64,000 bases of DNA from Octopus bimaculoides (taxonomy: Eukaryota), in the NCBI RefSeq assembly GCF_001194135.2, contig NC_068986.1, positions 97,384,385-97,448,384 of the forward strand. Reading direction: 5' to 3'. The notes under the pieces are model-generated. The model was given only the letters and a program-made list of their open reading frames with translations, was not told where the DNA came from and made no database searches. Position 1 is the stretch's first letter. Every line of letters starts with the position of its first letter. The position numbers and the translations under genes were made by a program. Below are positions 1 to 14,414 of the stretch, piece after piece.

Positions 1-3000
1 TACTCAAAGCTGGAACTTTTCAAGACTCCCTAATATATGATAGGAGAAAAAAGTAATTTAATAGCACAGGACATGAGCACAAAAAAGGGATGGGGTAAAA
101 TGAAGTAATAAAATTGAAATACAGATAGAAAGAGAAGGCAGTTAGGAATGCAACAGTTTTAATGTACACTCTTCAGTATTCTCTGAATTGATAGAGTAGA
201 TGAGCAGAGAGGACCCTAAAATGTGTGTCTAGGACCTGGGACATGTGCCCTCTCTTGGCAGTAAGAAAAAAATTGCAATTGGCCAATTTCAGCCACGTTC
301 GATATCTTATTTGGGCACAACCTTCTGTTGAATGTCATAGTCAGTATCAACTTATACTAATATTATTTACTAAATACTGGTCATTGTTTAACAACTGGGA
401 GTGACACGTTGCAGCTGATAGTAAGCTTTTTACTAATTTTGATAATTAGCTTAATACATCTGGAAACATTAAGTTTAGAGTTACATGAAGTAATTTATAC
501 AGCATCATTATCGATTATTGAATATATGTGTTAATCATTTTTTGTATGCACTCAAAAACTTAAGAACCCATGTGTAGCCAAACCTATTCAAACCTTACCC
601 ATAACATACACATTTTAAATTACATAGTGATTATCAATCACAAACTGATATTAAAACACTTCTAAAGCAATATATATAAAATGCATGCGGACAGCAAGTC
701 TCTCAACTAGAAACAAGGCATTATATCCACTACTCAGGTGTTCTCAAATGCATTATTTATAAAACGAAGCTTTCTGAAAGTATTAATGCAATTTGTATAA
801 TTTTCATTTAAATATATTGGTAAATCTGACTTTTTGTGTATCAGTTGTACGTAAGGTGTCTAAGGTTACGCACAACTTTACGTGAAAGAAAAGTTTCTCC
901 AAAATTATGTCCATTCATTACAGTACTATTATATACAGGAAACAACTTATTTTGCTAACAGAAAATTGCCTGTAGATTAAGTATAAGAAATATACTTCAG
1001 TTTAAATATTATACAAATAAATTGTTATTACTTTTGAGAAAAATCAGATCACAATACGCTTAAAATTACTTTTCAAATTTCTAAATAGAAAAAAAAGAAT
1101 ACTTATTTGAATACAATACATACAGGTTATTGACCCAAATACTATTGTATATACATATAATTACATCATGTAATTTGAAATTGAAAACCTTGAATTCAAA
1201 ATAATTTTGAAAAGATATCAGACTGTTATTGAAAGCAGAGATATTGAAAGATATATAAAAAGATAGTGAAACTTGTCGCTATCTTACTGATTCTGGTATA
1301 TAAATAAAATGGATTGTATTTGTAGCAAAAGTAACACATAAGTTTAGAGTGCTCAACGGCTTTTCCTGTGTTAAGACTGGAGAGGAAGTTCTGACACATT
1401 CTTGAGTTTAAATATCACAAATATCACTGTATAAAAATATAGTGATAGAAAAAGGCATATATCACTTTTCTGATCCTTTCCACTTCCGAAGGACTTTTAT
1501 AGCATAAAAAGCTGCGAACATTTTAAGTGAAGTTTAAGTCTATAAAATACTTTTTGAGTACATGTCTGTCCTCAAAATCCTTTACAGTGAAGAATAATAA
1601 TGTACAATCTAGATAAACCTATATAAAATATAACCAATATCTCTTCCTTTTCTTTTTATAACGAAGTTTCTCTATTTTCACATTAATATCATTATCAACT
1701 TCATCTAAAATTACGTCAATATAAAATTAACGACTTTATCTAAAACCACATTCTCCATTCTTTTCTAATATCACTGCAAATTAAAAATAACACCTTGATA
1801 TAAAATCATTTTGCTTTTACTTGCTGAGTCTGGTGGAAGGGAAATGCCTATAAACTTTGCAAGCCTTCAGAGACCGATGGAATTGATGTCGTTACTGTTC
1901 AGTTAAGATTGTTGCAGGTAAAGACCTACAGGAAGCATATGAGCAGAGGAAAGATCCTATCCTTGATGACCGAAGTTCTTGAGAGGAAGGATTAGGTATA
2001 GTGGTTAGTGTGTAACTTGGGATTGGGGCGTTACAAATGTGGATAGAAATGTGTGACGAGAATACTTGGGCAGAGAAGGTATGAGACCAGCCAACTGTAA
2101 GAAACAGTGGCCACAATAGTAACGGCATAAGAAAACAACGAAAAGAGACTACTGGCCTCTTGGCAAGACACTGCTACATCTCTTCTGGCAGATCAATTCC
2201 AATCAGTCGGGTGGCACTTCTATGGATACGGTCTATGTAAGTCTCTGTGCGTAGTAAGCAGAATCATCCAAAATGCGAGAGAACTCCATTGACTGCCTGA
2301 CTTCTCTGTAGAGTAACACAAATTGTCGAGTAACACAATTGTCCAAATCTGAAGAGATGAGCTAGATTTTGAGAGGCAGCTCGAGCTATATCATGAATAT
2401 ACTTTTGACAAAAGAGATCATTTACCATTGTGATGCATTTAGGGAATGCCGTAGGCCCTTACAGTGGGGGTGGTACGGTATCATAATAATTGTATAATCC
2501 AAAACAGTGATGGGAGAACATTTTCTGACTTTGGTAGGTCACAAAATAATATACAATTAATCACAGAAACTACAGAAAAAGCGTAAACTAATTTTAACAG
2601 GTACACTAATTTTGTAAACATGTGCATAAATAATTAACCTCTTGTATAGTGTCTTCAGATGCACCAAGACGTAATTTAAAAACGTTCACAGTCAAGCTAG
2701 CAAGGCACAGATAGTAACAAATGTGTGTGGTCCTGACAAAGGGTTCACATTATATTTTCCGAAAGTATTTAAAAGTATATATATATATATATATATATNN
2801 NNNNNNNNAGCGAAACTTAGAAAATGAAAATCCTGCAGAAGAGTGTGTGTGTATGTGTGTGTGTGTGTGTATGTGTATGTATGCGTGTATACGGATGCTC
2901 CTAAAATATACAATTATTTGAAACGACAAACTTTAAATAGAAGTAAATCAACGAAACTATATTCCACAATTAGGATTCTCTCCTATTCGCATCGATAATC

Positions 3001-3879
3001 TAAAATAACAGCATCATAAACGTAATAACATGCACTAAAATCACAGTATCCTGTGACTAGTATCAATATAAAACATGTAAAACAGTAAATTAATTTAACA
3101 GTTATCTTCATTCTTAAATACTTGCTTGAAATCTTGTCTGACAGAAGTAACAGATGTGTCTAGTGAAAGCGCACTTAGTAGTTTCAACGTCTCATTCTTG
3201 TAATCGTTTACGGATTTGGGTCTTTTTGTTGGCTTCCATTGATAAGCGAAAATGTCTGTTTCAGGTTTTATTTAAACATTAATGCAATTCTCTACTATAT
3301 AAAAATAGGCTTATCTAAAATCACGATATGATGCCACTAAAATTTATTTGACGCAATGTAATTTTAAAAGAGCAACTTAATCAAAATTTTCTATTTGCAG
3401 TGAAAATAGTGTCATAAAATGTGAATGCTGTAGAATAAATTTGAATAATATCCACAAATGTTACATAAATAATTTTAAACTAATCGTTTATAAACTTCTA
3501 ACTTTATGTTATTGATAAATGCCTCATTTGGAAGCAGAAGAGAAAACGTATTATCCCAAGGTGGTCTTGCACAGGAGCGAAGACAGTTGGTTGTTAAAAA
3601 TTATTAGAACTTCTCTAATTAAACTAATATACTTGAGAGCATGAAGTAATATCAGTGCAAGTGCTGTAAGATTAACTCATTCTAAGTGATCACTATTCAC
3701 AGCGACACCATGAACTTCGACTCCCTAACGTATGTATATATATAGAAACACTAGCTTATGTGAATTCATTGATCATACTATGGAATCTGATATTGAAATG
3801 AAATTCCTGCTATTCCTGAGAATATTTCCTTCACATTCTACAAAAGGCGCAGGTTTTTGGCAGGAATAACTAACCCATT

Positions 3880-4243
3880 TGCCTAATACCAGCCGGTGGC
3901 TTCAGCTAACGTGAGTTACTACGTTGTTGATGGCTTGGTTAAGAATATTTGCCAAACTTCTCGTATTTGGATCACCGCTTCTTTCCTCTTTTGTTATCTC
4001 CCCTTTTTCTTAGCTCTCCTGTGCGAACTTTCTGTCCGGCAGTCGCCATGATAGATCGCTGACCACAACATTCAATTTTTTTTCTCCGTGTTTTTCTCCT
4101 TGTTTTCTCCTTATTCTTTCTGTTGAAGACCGTAGCTCGAAACGTTAAAGACTTTCTCTATTCCCGATCGTTAAACTAATACATCCTTTTGTTGTTTATA
4201 CCACCTGTCCTCGTCTGTTGTTGTTTTTTTCGTAAATTCTCCC
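3880..4243 (+). mobile_element. Probable 3' terminal (pseudo-LTR) fragment of a Penelope-like element
   Basis: Ends in TTGAAGACCGTAGCTCGAAACGTT...AAATTCTCCC followed by (AT)n. The TGAAGA..CGAAACG motif is typical of Penelope termini (family knowledge). No coding motif recovered; boundaries approximate. Confidence 0.4.
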
Positions 4244-5148
4244 ATATATATATATATATATATATATATAAATCTTACTGTTCTTAAACAGGTACATATT
4301 CGGTGATAAATCTCAGATTAGCTATGCATTAAACATACAGTGGTCATTTAGAAGGATTTTGGTAACATGTCTGCTAGATAACGATTTACAGGTGCAATAA
4401 CGCAACAATTACTGCTTAACATACAAGTAAGCGAATATTTGCATGGTTGCTCGACCTACAAGATATAGAAACCGGTTCTCGTTTCAGTTATACTAACCCG
4501 TGTTTGTAAAGGAAAATAGTGAATAATGTAGTCTCATAATAATATGAATATAAGACAAGACGTGATGGCTGGAATGCATATAATTATAGATGTTCTCAAT
4601 CAGGGTTCAGGTGGTCCCTTAAGCAGTAAAAATTTAGTGAACGCTTTTAAACTTGAGGTCAGTTTCATATCAGAGCAAGATGTATTAAATTACAAGATAC
4701 AACACAATGAAACTTTAATGAAAATCATCGATTATGAAGAAACATCAATATTTAATTCACAGATGAAATTTTTTCTGTATTTCTAAGCGAAGAAATGTTG
4801 TTTCCCAGCCAAATTTTACATTTTGTTATTAATTACATAAATGAAATCGCTGAATTGAAATTACATTGCTATTGAATGTAGATGTAATGATAGTTTACGA
4901 ATGTAATTTCATATTACAAAGCAAGAAATGATATTTTCGATGAAAACGAAATCACAAAAGTGCTCTTGTAATATAGAACAGAAACCTTTTGACTGTTTTA
5001 ATTAAATGTTGGTTTACAATATACAGTGTCAAGGCATAAGTGGAAAGAATTATTAATGCAATGGGTATGATATTTTAATCTACAGCCATGCTGGGGCAAT
5101 GCTAACGCTTTGCTTTCTATCGCTCAATTATATCGATAACTGTAGTGT

Positions 5149-5150
<2 letters not shown>

Positions 5151-5228
<78 letters not shown>

Positions 5229-5245
5229 GATACAGACACACACAT
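5151..5245. repeat. (CA)n microsatellite
   Basis: Directly visible; source of the HTHT ORFs. Confidence 0.95.
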
Positions 5246-5388
5246 ATGTATACTGTGGATAAGTTTACTCAGTCACGTGTTTCTGCAATGGATCCACTGG
5301 AGTGTGTNNNNNNNNNNCACTGGAGTGTGTTTTCTATTCTTGTCTCAATTTGAAAAATATGTAAAGTAATAATATCCTTTCAGCAGAA

Positions 5389-5428
5389 TTTGGTGGAAGG
5401 AAACTGTATTTGGTGGAAGGAAACTGTA
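5389..5428. repeat. Perfect 20-bp tandem duplication (TTTGGTGGAAGGAAACTGTA x2)
   Basis: Directly visible at 5389-5408 and 5409-5428. Confidence 0.95.
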
Positions 5429-5432
5429 ACAC

Positions 5433-5482
<50 letters not shown>

Positions 5483-5629
5483 TAATATATGTACATGTGT
5501 CTGTGCATAATTATATATGTGTTTACGTTTACTCGTGTCTAAAAAGTCGATGTGCCTGTGGCTTTGTATTGCGAAAAAAATGTGATTGGTTTGGAAACAA
5601 ATTGTGAAACCTAGTAGCAAAGTGAAACG

Positions 5630-5730
5630 ATTTTTGTGATCGAGATGATCGCCTAAAATACCTGAAGTTAGCGCTCCAGCATGGCCATAGTATAATGAAT
5701 GACACCAGTAAAAAGAAGAATAAAAGACAA
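5630..5730 (+). mobile_element. SINE 3' tail remnant
   Basis: GCGCTCCAGCATGGCC...CCAGTAAAAAGAAGAATAAAAGA, similar to the LINE tails at 17655-17705 and 63690-63732. Confidence 0.45.
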
Positions 5731-7234
5731 TTGTCTGCACTGAAACATTAAATTCTCCTAACAACTTTGTTCAAACCAATATAAATTCATTAAAATTACT
5801 CCCGATGTCTTCTACGATGGCATTTAAACTTAGCTTTAATTAATTCAGCATTAGATATAATTTACTTTGTAAAATAATGCAGTTATCTCCATATATTTCT
5901 AAATACTTTGGAACAGTTCCTGCTTATCTAGGATTAAGCATCCAACAGTCATACTTCCCTAGATTCGACACGATTAAATATCAGAAATCTTTTTTCAAAC
6001 GTACTATTTAGTACAAGAAAATTTTATTTTTAAAGAGACAGCATAAGATTCCACAATCTAGTTTCTGAGAGAAATTAATTAATGATTAATGGGCGTTAGA
6101 CTGATATGTCAATCATGTGGTTAATTTATTTCCCACAATTCTCTATTGGGAGCTAACAAAGAAATAGAAACCAAATTTTCTTATGTTTCCACACTGGTCT
6201 CTAATGTCCTTCCCTATGAAAAGTGCCAACTTTGATCAAGTTGAACACTAACAATTGACTTGCCTGTAGAATTACTACTGCAGGATACTGGAAGTGTTAC
6301 CGATGCTCTAGGTAACGACTCAAGAGGCTTTAACATCAGTATTTAAAAATTTGATGCCGGTTGCGGTATCTTAAAATTAATAAATCAATTAAACGTGGGT
6401 GCTATTTTAACCAGGTGAGCGAATATCGCCGTTACGTCAATGTTTATATTGAAAAATGAACCAAAATATTTGCCAACGTAGAGTGATCTTTTAAATAAGG
6501 ATAATCATTCAGGAAAACTAATTATAACAATGAAAAATGCATTGTGGCGATAAGTGGCTGTGTGTGTTTACACACATACACACACACTCATACTCACACA
6601 GATACTCACCCTCACACACACGCGCGCCCTCTCTCTCACACGCACATATACACGCATATATATATGTACATAGGCAAACTCACACACGAGCACACCCACG
6701 GGTCATGTTCTTGAATTAGAGGATAGATCTATGATGCTCTGCTTAGCGCGTTTGGCTTATTTCTCCGGATCTTAGTGAAATCACTCGCATGCTCTTAATA
6801 TTCCATGATTCTCAAGCAACTCTAAGGACGCAATCAATGAAGACATGGTCTAGTCATGAAGACACTATCTGAAGTGATCAAGACGGGTTGCCTTGGCAGT
6901 AGAAGCATTAACCCTGAATGTGGGAAGTTGATTGTTGTTAAAATGGGAGAGCAGCCGCGGAAAAGACTAGGGAACAATACGGATCTTTTATCTCCTAGGA
7001 CAACGGCTAATAAGCACTGATTTTAACAAATTAATGAAATGTTCTTCACATACTACTCTGGTTTAAACAAAACAGTAGCATTTCGAGTCTCAAGTCCAAA
7101 CAAATTTCGTATATACGTTAAGGTCTGAAAATCCTCAAATAGATTTTAAAAACCTTCGTTATCTGGTCTGTTAGGACAAGCGATGGTATCAACGATACCT
7201 AAGATAGTGGAAATATTTGCTATTTTGATCTCCG

Positions 7235-7269
<35 letters not shown>

Positions 7270-7311
7270 CATATATACATACATACTTATTTACATACTT
7301 ACACGCACACA

Positions 7312-7353
<42 letters not shown>

Positions 7354-7954
7354 NNNNNNNNNNNNNNNNNNNNNNNNNNNNNNNNNNNNNNNNNNNNNNN
7401 NNNNNNNNNNNNNNNNNNNNNNNNNNNNNNNNNNNNNNNNNNNNNNNNNNNNNNNNNNNNNNNNNNNNNNNNNNNNNNNNNNNNNNNNNNNNNNNNNNNN
7501 NNNNNNNNNNNNNNNNNNNNNNNNNNNNNNNNNNNNNNNNNNNNNNNNNNNNNNNNNNNNNNNNNNNNNNNNNNNNNNNNNNNNNNNNNNNNNNNNNNNN
7601 NNNNNNNNNNNNNNNNNNNNNNNNNNNNNNNNNNNNNNNNNNNNNNNNNNNNNNNNNNNNNNNNNNNNNNNNNNNNNNNNNNNNNNNNNNNNNNNNNNNN
7701 NNNNNNNNNNNNNNNNNNNNNNNNNNNNNNNNNNNNNNNNNNNNNNNNNNNNNNNNNNNNNNNNNNNNNNNNNNNNNNNNNNNNNNNNNNNNNNNNNNNN
7801 NNNNNNNNNNNNNNNNNNNNNNNNNNNNNNNNNNNNNNNNNNNNNNNNNNNNNNNNNNNNNNNNNNNNNNNNNNNNNNNNNNNNNNNNNNNNNNNNNNNN
7901 NNNNNNNNNNNNNNNNNNNNNNNNNNNNNNNNNNNNNNNNNNNNNNNNNNNNNN

Positions 7955-7989
<35 letters not shown>

Positions 7990-8080
7990 TACATACTGCG
8001 GTTGATTCCTTTTATTAAAATTCTTTTAGGCCATTCCACATCATGGCCTCAGTGCAATGACTGAAACAAGTGAAATATAA
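7990..8080 (+). mobile_element. SINE 3' tail remnant
   Basis: CATGGCCTCAGTGCAATGACTGAAACAAGTGAAA, same tail motif as above. Confidence 0.5.
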
Positions 8081-9268
8081 TACAACGAAAGGCGCGCAAC
8101 CTACTTTTGAGGGTGTAGGACACCCGGCCGTATGTTCGTGGGATCGCTCCCCGAACGATTTTGTTCATTCCTACATAGGAATGAGGTTGCTGGGTTGGTG
8201 AATTATGTCAATGCTTCTGGTGATAGTAGACCATGTAGGAGCAGACGGGGCTGGTCTCTACGTTGAATATATTGGATACTTTTGGGATCTTATGTATTAT
8301 CTATATGCGTTTGTGAATGTATGTGACTAAATAGGTGTGTATGTAATTCATGTTTATGTTATGCTGAGTTACTTTATGTCCCATAACTACGTATTATAGA
8401 GATCGATGAAATAATTACCAGCTTGTCCGTTGTCGATTTGATTTCCTAAATATTTGAAGAGGCTACCCATGCATGGCGTCAGTCGAAAACTAACGATAGT
8501 AAAAGTGTGTGTAAGCATATGTGTAAGTGGCTCTGTGTTGTGAATGCGTTTTATGATACTTTTATTGGTATCTTACGTGTACGCATGTTCGGTGTGTGCG
8601 TCAGTAAATGTAAAGGTATACAATAGCTATATTTGGCATCGATTGGATATTTGTAAAACTTTATAATGATACTTGAGCTATTTCATAACAGCTGTTAGCT
8701 GTTGACAAGAATAAAATTACCTAAATTGATTACAAAATGTTTCCCATCAAAAGAACTATTTTAGTACTTGGTTACGTGGAATTTAATTGTCATGTTTTTT
8801 TTAATATTGTTTTAATGTGTAGGAAGTGATTTAAAGTCTCCTAGCCTAATATAATATCTGTTCCGCTAAAACTACGCTTAATCGGTAGTTCTGTTCATAG
8901 AGTAAGTGATATGTCGATGAGACCAAATATATAGAGTAATGTAGAATTATGCGATAGTGTATATAGAAATAACGGATGTGGTTACTTATTTAAAGTAAGT
9001 TTTTCATTCATCTTTGTCTTTTTCTTAATCTGGAATTGACTAAAGACTTTTGGAACAAGACGTAGATGTTTTTCAGTTAACGTAATCGATCTTTTGTATC
9101 TTGCATCTTACATTTTTGTTCGATGTTGTTTGAAACGAACGTCAGGTCATTCTGGTTGCAAAAGGAAGCAACTTCCGCAACCTGTTTTTGTTCGAAAGGA
9201 ATATTACTTTCATCGTGCGTTGTATAGACACATATACTAACGTACACATTTATATACACACACACACA

Positions 9269-9324
<56 letters not shown>

Positions 9325-10102
9325 NNNNNNNNNNNNNNNNNNNNNNNNNNNNNNNNNNNNNNNNNNNNNNNNNNNNNNNNNNNNNNNNNNNNNNNNNNNN
9401 NNNNNNNNNNNNNNNNNNNNNNNNNNNNNNNNNNNNNNNNNNNNNNNNNNNNNNNNNNNNNNNNNNNNNNNNNNNNNNNNNNNNNNNNNNNNNNNNNNNN
9501 NNNNNNNNNNNNNNNNNNNNNNNNNNNNNNNNNNNNNNNNNNNNNNNNNNNNNNNNNNNNNNNNNNNNNNNNNNNNNNNNNNNNNNNNNNNNNNNNNNNN
9601 NNNNNNNNNNNNNNNNNNNNNNNNNNNNNNNNNNNNNNNNNNNNNNNNNNNNNNNNNNNNNNNNNNNNNNNNNNNNNNNNNNNNNNNNNNNNNNNNNNNN
9701 NNNNNNNNNNNNNNNNNNNNNNNNNNNNNNNNNNNNNNNNNNNNNNNNNNNNNNNNNNNNNNNNNNNNNNNNNNNNNNNNNNNNNNNNNNNNNNNNNNNN
9801 NNNNNNNNNNNNNNNNNNNNNNNNNNNNNNNNNNNNNNNNNNNNNNNNNNNNNNNNNNNNNNNNNNNNNNNNNNNNNNNNNNNNNNNNNNNNNNNNNNNN
9901 NNNNNNNNNNNNNNNNNNNNNNNNNNNNNNNNNNNNNNNNNNNNNNNNNNNNNNNNNNNNNNNNNNNNNNNNNNNNNNNNTATATGTATGTATATATACA
10001 CACACGCACACTTCTTTTTCTTAACTTAATTCACGCCACTGGGCAATTTGTGATATTTATATACATATATACATGCATAGATACCCAAGTATATACTCAT
10101 AT

Positions 10103-10204
<102 letters not shown>

Positions 10205-10322
10205 ATAAACACACACGTACACATACACCTATAAAATATACATATATATATAAGTTTATATGTATATGTATATATATGTGTGTGTGTGTGTATGTAATTA
10301 TTTATCTCGCTCTATCTATGTA

Positions 10323-10383
<61 letters not shown>

Positions 10384-10480
10384 ATATATATTTGTATAAA
10401 GGAAGTCAAACCAAATGGTGATAATCTGAAATCATTTAATACGTTCGTATGATGTTTGCATAATATATAGTATGAACTGT

Positions 10481-10603
10481 AGCCATTACGTAAACCTTCT
10501 CCAGTAAAACGTTTCATAATATTTTGAAACTGTTTAACTGAGAAAGGTTTACGTTATGGATGCTTTACGTATCATATATTACGCACGTAATATATGATAC
10601 GTA
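10481..10603. repeat. Two adjacent inverted repeats: imperfect ~80-bp palindrome 10481-10561 and perfect 18-bp arms 10566-10583/10586-10603
   Basis: TACGTATCATATATTACG-CA-CGTAATATATGATACGTA is a perfect inverted repeat; ACGTAAACCTTCTC... pairs with ...GAGAAAGGTTTACGT upstream. Confidence 0.9.
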
Positions 10604-11323
10604 CGTATTAAATAATTCTAAACTATCACTACTTGGTTCGTTGTTACAACTAATACGACTCGGTGCCAGGGCACATCAGCCAGTCTTCATTATCACAGCT
10701 AACACGACTCGATGCCAGAACACACTATTCTAGCAACGATCAAGAGTAGTTTGTTATATTCGATTTGAGTCTAAAATTCTGGCACATACATATATATGGG
10801 GTGGGGTTGTTTTATTCATCATTTGTAGGTGAGAGAATTATAGGAGGAATAATCTTGTTTCTGGCGAGTAAATAAATAACAATTCAAAACAATATATTTC
10901 TCCATATAGAGTTTAATTATCTTAATCTACAGACATATTTTTTCTGCTTTTTCTTTGTGCAAAATGATCGATAATTAGTTAATTATATTCAAGTAGTTCG
11001 AAACGATATAGGCTTAGACGGTAATTGTTTTTCGAGAGAAAGAATTCAGTAAAATGATGTTACAAGAAAAATAAAGAAGCTGATATGAATATTTTCCGAT
11101 GTTTCATGCAGGCGCTCACACACATGCACACGTACACGTACACATACACATACACATACACACAAACCCATATGCTCATTTTTATGCATGATTGTGTGTG
11201 TAAATACTTCCATACATTCATACACATATTTCTCTTTCTCTGTCTATGTATCTATAGGTGTGTGTGAGAGAGAGGGAGAGAGAGAGAGCAGCGAGAGATT
11301 TTGTTCATGTGCCGTGTGTACGT

Positions 11324-11370
<47 letters not shown>

Positions 11371-12586
11371 NNNNNNNNNNNNNNNNNNNNNNNNNNNNNN
11401 NNNNNNNNNNNNNNNNNNNNNNNNNNNNNNNNNNNNNNNNNNNNNNNNNNNNNNNNNNNNNNNNNNNNNNNNNNNNNNNNNNNNNNNNNNNNNNNNNNNN
11501 NNNNNNNNNNNNNNNNNNNNNNNNNNNNNNNNNNNNNNNNNNNNNNNNNNNNNNNNNNNNNNNNNNNNNNNNNNNNNNNNNNNNNNNNNNNNNNNNNNNN
11601 NNNNNNNNNNNNNNNNNNNNNNNNNNNNNNNNNNNNNNNNNNNNNNNNNNNNNNNNNNNNNNNNNNNNNNNNNNNNNNNNNNNNNNNNNNNNNNNNNNNN
11701 NNNNNNNNNNNNNNNNNNNNNNNNNNNNNNNNNNNNNNNNNNNNNNNNNNNNNNNNNNNNNNNNNNNNNNNNNNNNNNNNNNNNNNNNNNNNNNNNNNNN
11801 NNNNNNNNNNNNNNNNNNNNNNNNNNNNNNNNNNNNNNNNNNNNNNNNNNNNNNNNNNNNNNNNNNNNNNNNNNNNNNNNNNNNNNNNNNNNNNNNNNNN
11901 NNNNNNNNNNNNNNNNNNNNNNNNNNNNCATCTCCTTTTATCAACTATATATTTAGGATAAAGAACCAAGTGAGATGACAGTTTATAGCTGGCTGTTGGT
12001 AGTGAATCTCATATTATCACAGGTATCCCCCAACCCACAAGAAAAAGAAACAAACCTTTAGAAAGAGTCAATTAGGTAGTAAATGTCTATAAAAGTGGTA
12101 GGGTAGGAGTGACATTAATTCATGATGTTGTTACCAGTTAAAGGGGCAAACACTATGAAACTTGGGATGCTACAATGAGATCCAGGAAAAAACATAAGGG
12201 TCTCAGTGGTAGGACGTTATATAATTTTAAAAAAATCTAGAACGGGACATCGTAACCAAATTAACTAGAAGGGATTCATAGATCAGTTTTAAACATTAAT
12301 GAAGTTTAGTATTATGTAGGTTCAACTTAATACCACTTCTTTACTTAATTAATTTTTTAGTGGTCACTATAAAGATCACTCAAACCACTTACGTATGGAA
12401 TTTATCTGGGAGGGTATACGTACTATCTATTGATTGAAAGTAAGGAATCAGAAGCAGGTTAATAAGATAAATGATAATATATAGAGATAATTAAATATAA
12501 GTATACAAGAAAAGTGTGTACTGATACAAGTAGGCGTAATAGTATAAAATAAGGCATACATATACATATACATATACAAAAAGGGA

Positions 12587-12639
<53 letters not shown>

Positions 12640-14414
12640 AAGCTTATATTAAAAAAATACAATATAATTATTTGGTGTAAATATCAGTAACTGAAAAATA
12701 TCAATTTAAGAACCATATTGAGCCACATCTGAACCTACATACGTGCGGAGAGGATATGCGACATGCTAACGATTCATAGAATGCTATACTAGTATATGCG
12801 AAGGAAAGTAGACATGCAAAATATAAAATTTCATACCATACAAAACTTCACAATATAAAGGTAAAACATAGCAAAATAATAAATCAAAATAATAATTTAT
12901 AGAAAATAGTAATATATATATATAAAGACAGGAGATTAAGATTAAAAGCAAGAAAAGATAAAGGTAACTTAAGAAGGGGTAATAGGTATGGAAATAATGA
13001 GGACAAGTTAATGATACCGTAGTGGCTTTCTAAGTTATAATATTGCAGGTGCTATTGTATGTATAATTGTATAGTTCTTCGTTTAAAATATACTTAATAT
13101 GACTGATATGGTAGAAATTCATAGACAGAAAGAATAGTGTAATCACCAAGGAGGATGAAGTCAGACTAACTAGGCAAGCGGTTATCATAGTGTAATATTA
13201 CATATGATACATCACATAACATAATACATAGCATATAATACATGTAATATAACAGAATATACTATATAATATAACATCCTACATTAGAGGGTAAGTTATA
13301 TAGGATACGACGTCCGAAGTTAATTTCCACCACCAAATCCCAAGTATGATACATCTACTATTATTTGTTTCGAAAATACTTAAATGTGCAGGTAATACTA
13401 TGCACGCATGATACCCTTATGTCTTATCAATTATTACTAATAAGGTTGTTCTAGTCTCTGTACTTAAAAATCTCGTAAATTTCCAAAGAACAAAACTCAC
13501 ATCCATATGTACTATCTCTCTATATATAATTGTTAAAGAGGACAACAAACGTTAAAGCAAGACAAACATCTCAAGTCAGCTGTTTCTGGGATCGGAGACA
13601 AATAGGGAAAATGTGAAGAGTATACATTCATGAAACAATGGCATAGAGGACAGGAGAAAATGTATAATGAAATGAAGAAAAAGTAAAAAAGAAGAAAGAA
13701 GCATAAAGGTTCACAGCTCAACTTTCCGATAGTGTAGATGTTAGTCCATAAGTCCTTAAGTGCAATCCCGTGTATGGTTATAGCCTTGATAGTGTAAATA
13801 TTACGCTATGTAAGCGTATGCGCAGAACAAACTCACATTTAAAATCATTATAACCTTATGTATGTGTCTATAAGTGTGTGTGTGTGATCTAAGGTCGAAT
13901 GAACGAGGTCAAACTTCCCTGACGATCTTCATGAGTATGTCCTCTTCTTACACACACACGCGCGCGCGCGCGCACACGCGCACTCACACACACACACACA
14001 GATATGGATTAGTGCATATTCATAACAAGTTCAAATATAATACTTGGTTATATCATTATTATTTGGAGGAATGTATAACTTTCGCAAATACGACCCACTG
14101 CAGGGGTTCTCAAGCTGAGAGATAATTGAATTCAGTCCCTATTACGGAATTATTTTTCGCCTATTTATTATTGGAAGGTAAAATAGAGGTTACATGCATA
14201 TAACTTTTCTTTCTTCTGCTGAACAATTCCAAATAATTTAAAACCGTCTCTTTTCAGTCTTCAAAAGACACTCTCCGTTGTGGGGAACTGCGCCCCAGGA
14301 TGCAAAACACAGCTCCACCCTCAACAAGAAAAAAAAAAAGAAACTCTGTATAATTACTTCGGTGATTGAAAAAGAAATAATACTTCTTTCTAGTTTTGTA
14401 TAAAACCAGTATTT

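Noticed and set aside
5295-5330. CACTGGAGTGTGT repeated on both sides of a 10-N gap
   Set aside because: Typical unmerged contig overlap, not a biological repeat.
9077-9230. Minus-strand peptide HDESNIPFEQKQVAEVASFCNQNDLTF..
   Set aside because: No recognisable domain or splice signals; it abuts (CA)n and a gap.
10651-10661. TAATACGACTC, the first 11 nt of the T7 promoter
   Set aside because: The match stops before ACTATAG and no vector sequence is nearby; chance match.
14259-14355. Possible plus-strand terminal exon after TCTCTTTTCAG
   Set aside because: The acceptor alone is common in AT-rich DNA and the peptides are unrecognisable.
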